Position numbers and translations under genes: made by a program
In this document: piece after piece, positions 48,463 through 58,612 of the stretch
How positions within the stretch are numbered: position 1 is the stretch's first letter
Layout: every line of letters begins with the position of its first letter
Source: Eukaryota sp. TZLM1-RC
Taxonomy: Eukaryota > Protista > Metamonada: BaSk clade
Assembly (NCBI GenBank): GCA_040285825.1
Contig: JAUPSS010000002.1
Coordinates: 2,790,001 to 2,854,000, forward strand
Length of the DNA stretch: 64,000 nucleotides
Direction of reading: 5' to 3'
Notes under the pieces: model-generated
What the model saw: the letters and a program-made list of their open reading frames with translations, nothing else
Database searches by the model: none
Told to the model about the DNA's origin: nothing

Positions 48463-49192
48463 TGTTTTAATTTACTTTTATTTTATTTATACGCAGTCAA
48501 ATAGTGTTTAGTAAATTACAATCAATTTATTCAATTAATACACCGTTTTTCATTCCTTTTTCCATCTAGGTGTCAACATTATTGACTTGTTTTGGAAAAT
48601 AACAATCACCCAATGAACTAGATAAGGGCACAATAGTTTCGTTAATTAAGGATTCATAATTGTAGACATAATGAAATTTCAAATCTTTGTTGTACTTTTC
48701 GGTGAACTATATTGAAAACTGAAAATACATTGTTGTAAATGTTATGTTTTTAAACGGCCATGTTCACAACACATTGACAATGAATACATCAACAATCAAA
48801 AACCAAATTGGATTTTGACCTGTAATCTGATAAAGATTAACTGGATGTTTTTGTTATGTCAATTATCTTGCAATATTCCACCACAAAGATTTAAATTTCC
48901 AAGTATTGTAATCAATTTGGTGAAAACACTCGAAAAAAGAATCAGTAAATGCAAATCAAAGTAAAAATTGCAACAAAAAGAGGTGTTGTAGTATATGATT
49001 TAATAAATTGAAACAATAATGGTAAAAAATACAAAAAGATATAACTTTAAAAAAATTAAAAGTAACAAAAACCTCATAAATCGTATTAACTATATGAGAA
49101 AAATCATGAGACTTTTGAATATGGGAATCCGGGATTCGCAGTGAACAGAAACTACAAGAAGAGGTTGATTGGAAATGAATTTGATGGTGATT

Positions 49193-49705
49193 TTAATATA
49201 TTTCCTCAACATTAGATTTACAGCTGTAATAAGAATAGACAATAAGAATAAAAACAAACTTTTTTAATTCTTCAATCACTTGAGTAATTTCAGATATCGA
49301 CTGTTTCATTCTATCTTTCAAGTTGAAAAGTGCTTCGTCTTCCCGTAGTTTCTCAAGTAGGAACCTCATGTTCAACATAATGTTCTCCATTTGAGTAATT
49401 TTACCTAGATTTTGAGAGGGATTACGGGTGAGCACACGTAAAAGTTCGCAGTAATTAAAAACGAGTGAATGATTAAGTCTCTTTAGTTCAGACTTAATGT
49501 CAACCAGGTCGTCTGGGAATAGCTGTACCGATCCTTGTTCTTTCAGAGAGGGACGGTCTAGGTTGAAGGAAAAGGTTTCTCCATAAAGTTCAAAGGAAGA
49601 TTCATAGTTTTGAGGAACAGATGGAGGTGATAAAGCATCAGGTTTATCGTAAAGTTGAAAGAAAGGCGGTGGTGGAGGAAAAGAGAGCAGAGGCGATTCG
49701 CTCAT
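49193..49705 (-). CDS. MED7: Mediator subunit 7; probable 36-nt intron at 49224-49259
   Basis: FPPPPPFF..SPP..YGETF and ELKRLNHSLVFNYCELL..NP..NMRFLLEKLR match Med7. A GTTTGT...TACAG in-frame intron explains the odd FVFILIVYSYY stretch. Confidence 0.88.
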   Translation of the reverse strand: MSESPLLSFPPPPPFFQLYDKPDALSPPSVPQNYESSFELYGETFSFNLDRPSLKEQGSVQLFPDDLVDIKSELKRLNHSLVFNYCELLRVLTRNPSQNLGKITQMENIMLNMRFLLEKLREDEALFNLKDRMKQSISEITQVIEELKKFVFILIVYSYYSCKSNVEEIY

Positions 49706-50132
49706 TCTTGTGGAATAAGTATAAGTAGATTTTCAATAATCATTTTGGATTGTATTGATGATGTTTACCATGCAACAAATGAGGTTCGTGATCATTGTGT
49801 CAGCTTATAGTAGTTCACAGTTACTACTTACCACAATGATGTGCAGTGGTGATGAATAAAATTGGATCTAGTCAACCATATGTGACTTTTTTGTGTCAAT
49901 ATTCTTAATTTTAATATTTCAATGTGAATTCTTAATAAACTTCAATCATTGCATCAACCATGAGAAATCCCAACAATTAGATTGCCACTATTATTGTGAA
50001 GGAATAATTGATTTGCTGAATTAACAATAGTGATAAATGATTTGAGAGATTGAACATAAAATGAACATTGTTTATTCATATCAAACAGAAGGAAAAGTAT
50101 CAAAAAATACACAAACTGAGAACCTATATTCT

Positions 50133-52457
50133 CTATAACGAAACATCCAAATGTCCTAATCGGGTTAACAATTTACGAAGAGGTACCATAGCATATGAAC
50201 TTGCAGATTGAGATTTTGGTTGAATGAACCCGTGTGGGCTACTACTGTTCTGGGATGATCTATAAAGCTTTTTAAGTTGAATTACTGACTCATGGGGCCA
50301 TGAATTAACCAACATGTCACTAGAAAGTTTTAACAACAATTTGAAAACCCGAATAACCAACTCCTTATCCCTGTTAACATGCTTCACAACAGTGACTACA
50401 AGTGGGTGAATGGCTCCCACTCGTGGGAGAGAAGGTAGAAGCGTAGGATGTGCAGCAATTTGCTCGAGCAAGCAAACAATCAAATTCTTAAATCCCACAG
50501 CAGCAATAGATCTATTTGAATCCTCCATTTCATTGAGGAGTGCAGTGATGGGAGCTTCACTATCAAAGGAAGGTGCACTCACGAGACGGCGACAAAACTG
50601 ACCAGAATTAGATTCGCAAAGGTCTAGTAGTAGATGTACTGCTTTGTTTCTGACAGATGCTCTATCACTCTTAAGCATTTTGAATGCCTTTTCTGCTGTG
50701 TGTAGTTCGTATAGTTTGTCCTTGAAATCAGGATTACATCTAGATAGAGTAAGCTTACGCCGAACGCGAGATTGAATGGGCAAAATAGCTTTTGTTATAT
50801 CAGATTTCAGTTTTTTATAACGACGTCTGATGAGAAACCCTCTTATAATTGATTGAAGAAAAACACTGTTTGAGGCTTGTAAATGGTATTTTCTAAACGC
50901 TAAAGACGAACGGCACAGAGTTTGTAATTTAGATAATGATTTGAGCTGATGATTAAAGGTTCGACAGCAAGAGCACTTTCGAATGACTACCTGAAGATGT
51001 ACTATGGATTCTTGACAATTCCTAAACTTTTGATTGGTCAATGATGTTCTTGCCGAGTTTTGAGCGACCACAATTGAGTTGACATTATCGTTAAACTGCT
51101 TCTTGTGGAGAAATGTTCGAATTTGGCTTTGTAAATGGCCTATTGATTCTTGACAATTCCTAAACTTTTGAGTGGTCAATGATGTTCTTGCCGAGTTTTG
51201 AGCGACCACAATTGAGTTGACATTATCGTTAAACTGCTTCTTGTGGAGAAATGTTCGAATTTGGCTTTGTAAATGGCCTATTGATTCTTGACAATTCCTA
51301 AGCTTTTGATTGGTCAATGATGTTCTTGCCGAGTTTTGAGCGACCACAATTGAGTTGACATTATCGTTAAACTGCTTCTTGTGGAGAAATGTTCGAATTT
51401 GGCTTTGTAAATGGCCTATTGATTCTTGGCAATTCTTAAACTTTTGATTGGTCAATGATGTTCTTGCCGAGTTTTGAGCGACCACAATTGAGTTGACATT
51501 ATCGTTGAACTGCTTCTTGTGGAGAAATGTTCGAATTTGGCTTTGTAAATGGCCTATTGATTCTTGGCAATTCCTAAGCTTTTGATTGGTCAATGATGTT
51601 CTTGCTGAGTTTTGAGCGACCACAATTAATTTGACATTATCGTTAAACTGCTTCTTGTGGAGAAATGTTCGAATTTGGCTTTGTAAATGGCCTATTGATT
51701 CTTGGCAATTCTTAAACTTTTGATTGGTCAATGATGTTCTTGCCGAGTTTTGAGCGACCACAATTGAGTTGACATTATCGTTGAACTGCTTCTTGTGGAG
51801 AAATGTTCGAATTTGGCTTTGTAAATGGCCTATTGATTCTTGGCAATTCCTAAGCTTTTGATTGGTCAATGATGTTCTTGCTGAGTTTTGAGCGACGACA
51901 ATTAATTTGACATTATCGTTAAACTGCTTCTTGTGGAGAAATGTTCGAATTTGGCTTTGTAAATGGCCTATTGATTCTTGACAATTCCTAAGCTTTTGAT
52001 TGGTCAATGATGTTCTTGCTGAGTTTTGAGCGACCACAATTAATTTGACATTATCGTTAAACTGCTTCTTGTGGAGAAATGTTCGAATTTGGCTTTGTAA
52101 ATGGCCTATTGATTCTTGGCAATTCCTAAACTTTTGATTGGTCAATGATGTTCTAACAATAGTTTGTATGTAGGTGATCGACAAAACATCGTTTCTAAAC
52201 CGCTTCTGACAACTAAACATCCGCAAAGCGTTCTGAACACAAGATATCGCATCATTATGCGATATGGTTAAAGTGGAATGTGGGTGTTCCTTCGTTAACA
52301 CAGCAGGATCCTTATTGCCCGAAAAGGCGTGATTGCATATCTTACGGTGTAAACGCGAAGTAACAGATGCCACTAAAAGACAAAGTGTAACAAAAATGAT
52401 ACCAAGAGTTGAAAAGGAAGAACTGGGAAGCCATCCCGTCCCAATAACAGGATCCAT
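50133..52457 (-). CDS. IQ-motif repeat protein with C-terminal ARM-like domain (ASPM-like C-terminus) and N-terminal hydrophobic segment
   Basis: About 22 IQ-like motifs (LQSQIRTFL, AQNSARTSL, LQSIIRGFLIRRRY, IQSRVRRKL). C-terminal ..CRRLV...SNRS.. resembles the ASPM C-terminal region. First ATG (MDPVIG) is at 52457. Confidence 0.7.
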   Translation of the reverse strand: MDPVIGTGWLPSSSFSTLGIIFVTLCLLVASVTSRLHRKICNHAFSGNKDPAVLTKEHPHSTLTISHNDAISCVQNALRMFSCQKRFRNDVLSITYIQTIVRTSLTNQKFRNCQESIGHLQSQIRTFLHKKQFNDNVKLIVVAQNSARTSLTNQKLRNCQESIGHLQSQIRTFLHKKQFNDNVKLIVVAQNSARTSLTNQKLRNCQESIGHLQSQIRTFLHKKQFNDNVNSIVVAQNSARTSLTNQKFKNCQESIGHLQSQIRTFLHKKQFNDNVKLIVVAQNSARTSLTNQKLRNCQESIGHLQSQIRTFLHKKQFNDNVNSIVVAQNSARTSLTNQKFKNCQESIGHLQSQIRTFLHKKQFNDNVNSIVVAQNSARTSLTNQKLRNCQESIGHLQSQIRTFLHKKQFNDNVNSIVVAQNSARTSLTTQKFRNCQESIGHLQSQIRTFLHKKQFNDNVNSIVVAQNSARTSLTNQKFRNCQESIVHLQVVIRKCSCCRTFNHQLKSLSKLQTLCRSSLAFRKYHLQASNSVFLQSIIRGFLIRRRYKKLKSDITKAILPIQSRVRRKLTLSRCNPDFKDKLYELHTAEKAFKMLKSDRASVRNKAVHLLLDLCESNSGQFCRRLVSAPSFDSEAPITALLNEMEDSNRSIAAVGFKNLIVCLLEQIAAHPTLLPSLPRVGAIHPLVVTVVKHVNRDKELVIRVFKLLLKLSSDMLVNSWPHESVIQLKKLYRSSQNSSSPHGFIQPKSQSASSYAMVPLRKLLTRLGHLDVSL
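51007..52153. repeat. Coding tandem repeat, 138-bp unit, 8 full copies plus a partial
   Basis: GTCAATGATG recurs from 51037 to 52141 (1104 = 8 x 138); each unit is 46 aa, i.e. two 23-aa IQ motifs. Confidence 0.95.
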
Positions 52458-52606
52458 GTAAAGGCTGTGGAAATTTAAATCAATCAATTAAATAAACAAA
52501 TGCAAACACAAATTACACAAAAGTCTTTTGTTTACTCGATTTCTGTTATTATTGTATTTATTGCTGTCATAATTTTTAACTAAACAAAACATTTTCACAA
52601 CATCAC

Positions 52607-53342
52607 TTATGATGAATTTTCTTCCGAATTTTCCTTATTTACCAAACTTCCATGACTGCGTGACGTCTCATCTTTCCATTTTTGTATTGAGTCTGTGTAC
52701 ACATAACTGATTGGATCTCCCTTTCTAAGTTTACTTTTAACAGAAGGTTCTTGTAATGACATAGGAGCAGCCTTTCGCCTAGGCCTTGTTCTTGTTGATG
52801 ATTCTGGAATAACTTCTAATTTAGGTTTTTTTGTTTTAGGTTGCAATGGTGTAATCAAATTCTTTCGCCGTTGTGTTTCTGATTTGAGTTTTGGTGTTTT
52901 AGTTTCAGATAACCCAATAACATCATCCTCTTCATCACCAATTTCTGATGGTGTTTCAGAACTAGAAGCAACTTCAACAATTGATGATGAATCGGGCTCA
53001 GTTGCTTTATCTATCGAAGGTGTATTGAAAGTAGTTTTTGGTTTGTGATTTTCTCGATAAAAAGATGTCAAATCAGCAAGAGCAGGTGAGACAGATGAAA
53101 GCACTGAAATGTAACTGTCTCGTTCAGCTTGTGTTATTAGCAGTTTAGATTCTAGGTCTTGGATACGTGATGTTGCCAAATCAAGATCTTTCTTGTGTCT
53201 TGTTAACTCCAATTTGAGAAGAGATATCATTTTCTGGTTTCTTTGATGCATCTTCAGCCAAGCTGAAGAATCTAAGGTCAGTATGTTATGTTATCGTACT
53301 GTCGCCACCATTTTTATCGGAGGCGTTAGGTGCAGTGAACAT
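52607..53342 (-). CDS. SGO1: Shugoshin (two exons; intron 53272-53299)
   Basis: C-terminal SGO motif RPRRKAAPMSLQEPSVKSKLRKGDP and an N-terminal coiled coil. A 28-nt GTACGA...TACTGAC-CTTAG intron joins MFTAPNASDKNGGD in frame to NSSAWLKMHQRN. Confidence 0.85.
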
Positions 53343-53859
53343 GCTGGAGTTGAACTTTGTGCTGGGCAGGGAAAATTGAGTATTTTTCCAATACAAAAAT
53401 GAACTCCTTCACAGTATTGCGAAGAGCTCTTTAACAACTAGTGTAATTTGCTGCAATGTGCTAGTCAAGTGTGCCGTGAACTTACTGTTTCTGGACTGAA
53501 ATTCTGTGTGCTTCATGAATGAAATGGATTCGATGTTCAATATTGTTAACGTTGAAACAACATTCTGTTCACTTAAACAATTATGATGATTCGATACACT
53601 CCATATCTTCTGAGGATGCTTCTTTTGTTTCAAAGAGAAAGGCTGGTTGTTCTGATAATTTTTTCTGTAGGCCTATGATAGACTACGATCAACCAACATT
53701 TTTTACTGTTTACTATTGTTTATTTAATTGTGAAAGGAATATAATTGAAACTGTACAATGTTGAGGTGAAATTAGTCCAGATATTGAACAAAACACCCCA
53801 AGGACATAAGTTTTAAAAAGATTAATTTTTTTTCAAAATATGAATAGAAGCAGAAATAT

Positions 53860-54420
53860 CAAATAAGCAAATAAAGCTCCACATCCTCAAAACTTATTTT
53901 TTCAAACATCGAAATAGTTGATTACTTATGATTTGGAAAATGGATCAAATGAAGACAGTGAATTGGAAATTTATTTCACCATTCATTTATAAAATCCCTT
54001 ATTTAAATGGAAATTACTATTCTTCGAACTTCAAACACACAAATTCATTAGAACAAACATTTGAACATATTCTATAGAAAAGATAATTGCTTTCTCGAAT
54101 ATTGTTCACTTTAACTTATGGTGTACAAATACTTATACCTTATAAATACCTTATAACTTTTTATTTATCAATAACCGAATAAACATTCATCAAATACCCA
54201 ACTGAAGCTCCACATCCTCTAAACCTGCGTCCTCTACATCAAAACAATTAATTACTAAAGATTCATAAAATTTACCAAAAGAAGAAAGTGAATCAGAAAT
54301 TTTGCAATTTGTAACGAGTACTATCAATGTTGGAGTTTTCGAGTTTTAATTTGGTAGCAAAGGCTCTAGAAAGGATTTTACTCGACATGATTTGCACATG
54401 ACATAATTTCGGTCTTTAAA
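53860..54420 (-). mobile_element. Degenerate retrotransposon 3' fragments
   Basis: Two tails ending FEDVEL and LEDVEL plus a MCKSCRV remnant; similar to the 14420-15400 family. Confidence 0.7.
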
Positions 54421-54556
54421 ATCATGTTGGATTTTATCTATGAATGCAATTCACAGTTCAAAATACGAGATGCATTTTTTTTCTATTACTATAGATATTA
54501 CTATAGAGGGGAATTTCAGGTTTTAATTAAGAACTTGTAATAACATTGGTAATCAA

Positions 54557-54628
54557 TCGGTCATAGTATAGTGGTGAGTATCCCCGCCTGTCACGCGGGA
54601 GGCCGGGGTTCGATTCCCCGTGACCGAG
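54557..54628 (+). tRNA. tRNA-Asp: tRNA-Asp (GTC)
   Basis: Acceptor stem TCGGTCA/TGACCGA, D-loop AGTATAGTGGTGAGTA, anticodon arm CCCGC-CTGTCAC-GCGGG, T-arm CGGGG-TTCGATT-CCCCG, discriminator G, and a T5 Pol III terminator at 54632. Confidence 0.97.
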
Positions 54629-54968
54629 TACTTTTTACCTGATTCAATGAAGTTGTGGTTGTAAATCTGTCATCATCTTGTAACTATTTCTGTTTGAATC
54701 AGTAATCAGGTGTTTTTTCCAGACATGACGCGGCCGAGGATGAATACCTTGTTTGTGTCAATTTTTTGTAGTACGCTTGACTACAAGGAAGAACTTCCAT
54801 TTAATTTATGTTGGCTGATTTGGGATATGAAGATTTAGAATTTCAATTTTTGTGTTTGGTTTTTTGAAGGTAGTAAATTAAATATAAATAAAAAAACTCT
54901 TGATTCCATTTAATCATTTATCAGTTAAGTACGTGATTTATTCCAAGAAACTCTGATTGGTGGGGAAT

Positions 54969-55475
54969 TTTTTTTTTAAAATTTAATTTTATTCAAAACC
55001 TATAAATCAACATCTAAAAAAATCCATCTCTCCCAAAACAAAAACACTAGATGCAACTCTCTCATAGTGAGATCCAAGAGAAAGCAAAGCATCAGAAACC
55101 ATCTTCAAGATCCCCTTAAAAATAGAAAACACAATTCTATTTTGCCAAAACAATCTGTTGAAATTTCTGCCAGTTCTTCTCTTTACAATCATTTCAAAAT
55201 CATCCAAAAAACGTAAAGCAGTTGGTGCAAGTGAACCAAAAAGGGAAAATACAAATGGATACAAATTGTATTTTGCATGCTGTAGACTGGCCAATTTGGA
55301 CAAAGGTTCATTGTATTTTTTGAATTTAAAATTTTCAGCATTTGAAAGGGGATTATGAATTTCAGAATTAACCAGCCTTTCATTTGAGGCATTACAAGGA
55401 TCAACAGACATTACATCCAATAAAATGAAGCTTCCATCTAATCCAGGTAATATGAGATCACCTCTATTATTCTTA
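54969..55475 (-). mobile_element. Young 5'-truncated RLE retrotransposon copy with 15-bp TSD
   Basis: Near-identical to 26015-26520; poly(A) tail; TSD TGATTGGTGGGGAAT at 54954-54968 and 55476-55490. Confidence 0.95.
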
Positions 55476-56401
55476 TGATTGGTGGGGAATAGTGGAGTAT
55501 GATTGCCGGAAATCTTGGTGAAAGAAAGGTGGCTCACTCATTCTCGAGGGAAGTGTGTATAGAAAATCGATGGTGTTTTGGAAGGAGTATCTAATAGTGG
55601 GAAGTCATGTTAGATCTCAAACAACCAAATAAACCATTTCAATATTCCTCAAGATCATTAGAGAGAGTCCGTTTAATCATTTTGATATCTAGAGATAAAA
55701 CAAAACAGTTTTTAATAAGGAATTATTGTTGTCAAATGGCTGAAGTCAAATCAATCATACTGAATTACCTTGTGAAATATGACTGGACTTGGCAAAATTT
55801 ACACGTTTGAATCTTTAAGAATATTTCAGATTGAGCAGGTCCAATAGGCATTAGACCTACTCTCAATCTGATAATGATAACATAATTACAACTTTTCAAG
55901 GTAAAGCCAGATGTTGATTTCATTGCGTAGTGAAGGAATACAATCACTCATCACAAATTTGTTGAAAAAATGAGCAACAAAAAGAATTAAGAATTTTAGT
56001 TAGACTTGTGCGTTTCGTTAAAGTCCAAGCCGTCGTGGATCTTGTCTAATTGTTTGATGAGTCTCTAATTACACAGAAACAGTGATTTGAAGAACCATTG
56101 AAGTTTCGGGTAAAAAGCAACAAGATGAGATGAAAGATTTTGGTCATTTTCATCAATAAAACTATTCTTAGAGGGAAGGAGTCAATAAGTGTATCATCAT
56201 AGCATAAATTTGTATATCTATTGTCATAGTTCTATGGAACACTCTTCAAACAAACCATCAACAATTCATATATCAACTAATTGGACTTATAGAAATCAAT
56301 ACCACAAAATAGGACATAAGTAGACGAGTGACTATGAATTATTAAACTATCGGTATCAATTAAATATGCAGGAAAACATTGTAAAGAACTAAGATAAGAA
56401 T

Positions 56402-57280
56402 TTTTTTTAATATTTTTTATTAAAACCAATAAATCAACATCTAAACTGCAAATTGAAAAGAGATCGGTTTGGAATTTCTTGAATTGATTGGGGACAACAT
56501 TTGGTCCAAATTTGTGGTGGCAATCTATCAAGTTCACAAGATAACTCATTCAGATATGGACTGCAATTGGGAACTAACAGATGAGAATCTTGAGGAAATC
56601 TACGAGAAAATTCATGAATAAAATTCTTGCCTCCACCCAAAAATGCTGATTGACACAAAATAGAAGATTTAGTAAATCCAATACCACCCAAATTTGCTGA
56701 AGAAAATAAGTGATTTTTCAACACTTCTGATTCTACATCCAATTAAAAAGCAAAAAATTCTGTTCTCAATGAATTAAAGGAACGACAAAAATCTAATGCT
56801 ATGGAAGGAGCACAAGATCTCAAAATGTGGGTTATTTTCCCAGTATAGCAAATTTTAAGCATGAAGAATTTAATATGTTTTTCTAGATCTAAAGAAGAAA
56901 TTGAATCAAGTTCAATTCTCATTTTCTCCAAAACAACTTGTAATTCATTCTGAATTTGAGGCACGTTTCCTAACCAACAACCAAGGAACATGAAAGCATC
57001 ACTACTATAATTAGTGCAAGGGACAACAGAATCGTTTATCACAAGATCTTGAGCAGAAGAGCCAATCAGAAGGCATTTTCTTGCATTAAGATGAAGCCCA
57101 ATATTTTCATATGAATCGGCAATTTCTTGAGCAACCAATTCTAGTAAATCAAATGAACCAATCAAGGATATATCATCCATATAGGCAATTATTTTTATTG
57201 AAGGGTATTTTTTCTTAATGATATTTCAAGTTTTGTGAATAGCTAAACAAAACAATAATGGGCCTAAAGGATCTATTGAA
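56402..57280 (-). mobile_element. Internally deleted RLE retrotransposon copy with RT core motifs
   Basis: DPLGPLLFCLAIH, IIAYMDDISLIG, GLHLNARKC and FLGCWLG, then a jump from NLQF straight to the terminal TTAGATGTTGATTTA and an A8 tail. Possible diverged TSD TAAGA(T/C)A(A/G)GAAT at 56390-56401 and 57281-57292. Confidence 0.9.
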
Positions 57281-57341
57281 TAAGACAGGAATTGTTTTGA
57301 AGAATATACAATTTAGTTGGAAACCTTTATTTACGAACCTC

Positions 57342-58080
57342 ATGCCTTCCTCAAACGACAGAATCCTCTTCTCTCTTGTTTCTCGTGGAAAGACACTTCT
57401 TGCTGAGTACACAGACAAATCTATTCGTTCTGGAAATTTCAAGCAAGTAGCTCTTCGTATCCTTGAACGAATTGATCTTCGCAAGAATCATCGTGCTTCT
57501 TATGCCCACGACGGTTTCATCTTTCATTACCTGTGTGAAAATTCATTAATCTTCATGGTCATGGCCGACGAAGGACTGAAAAACCGTCGTCCTTTTGCCT
57601 TCCTGGAAGATATCAAAAGTCGCTGGTTTGCAACCTATCAACAACGTCACACCACTGCAAAACATTACGAAATGCAAGGTTTGATTTCATTATCTTAACC
57701 CTAGGTGATTTCAGCCCTGTACTCCAACGCCAGATGGAATACTTCACCAACTCACCCACAGATAGCATCGCCCGCATATCCCGAGACCTTTCTGATCTGC
57801 AGAGTGTATGTATGACCAACATTGAGAAGATCCTGGATAGAGGTATGACTACTTTTTCCAACTTTCTCTCACCCCAGGCGAACGCGTGGAACTTTTAGTA
57901 GATCGCTCAGAAGGTCTTTCTCAAACTGCCAGATCCTTCAACAAGAGAGCCAACCAAGTGAGGAAGGCGATGTGGTGGCAGAATGTTAAGTCAACGTTGA
58001 TGTTGATCTTGGTAGGATTAATTATCTTGTATATAATTGTGGCTATGTTTTGTGGTTTAACTCTGTCTAAATGTTTTTAG
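57342..58080 (+). CDS. VAMP7: Longin R-SNARE VAMP7 (three exons; introns 57679-57704 and 57843-57877)
   Basis: Longin domain (ILFSLVSRGKTLLAEY, FHYL, RRPFAFLEDIK). The spliced SNARE motif reads NIEKILDRGERVELLVDRSEGL, followed by RKAMWWQN and a C-terminal TM helix. Confidence 0.93.
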
Positions 58081-58612
58081 AAGTTATGCTGTATGTGTAT
58101 TTCTAGTATTTTATTTATTTTATAAATAGTATATCACAAGATGTTTTTGTGAACATTTGTTTTCTTTTAACGTTATCACCAATTGTGTGTGCCCTGTAGT
58201 GTTCTTATTCCATACTCTCAAGAATTGTGAATTAATTGATCAAGTTTAAGATAAACTCAACAAATCTCAATCAGTTTGGTAAAAGTTGTGAACAGTAGAC
58301 GTGTTGAATTCGGTGCAAATGATATCAAAGTCTTAATCAAATTAAAGAGAATTTTCTCTTATAATGGCACATAATTCAAGTCCCCAATTTTTCATCTGGA
58401 TGCTACTTCCAATTAATCTGGTCCTCTCATTGTATTAGACAAATGGCTGGTTCTGTGCAATGAGAACAACATGTACATTAGGAAGAAATAATCCAGACTT
58501 TTCACACTGAAAATAAAACAAAACTTACAATTTGTAATTTTCAAGTTACTAAACCTATCAACCAGCGATTTTTACAGCTTGCAACTTTACTACATTATTG
58601 TTCTATTAGCAA

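Larger units (their letters stand above)
37662..48667. repeat. Right arm of large imperfect inverted duplication
   Basis: Mirror of 11438-22537 (see left arm). Begins with an inverted CAP-D2 fragment. Confidence 0.93.

Noticed and set aside
51007-52153. CRISPR-like array
   Set aside because: Contiguous 138-bp units with no unique spacers; it is an in-frame coding repeat in a eukaryotic gene.
54557-55475. tRNA-targeted retrotransposition near tRNA-Asp
   Set aside because: Retro fragments are equally dense throughout the window, and the same family inserted at 24921 with no tRNA nearby.
57258-57341. VAMP7 start at 57258
   Set aside because: That ATG lies in antisense retrotransposon RT sequence; longin homology starts after the ATG at 57342.
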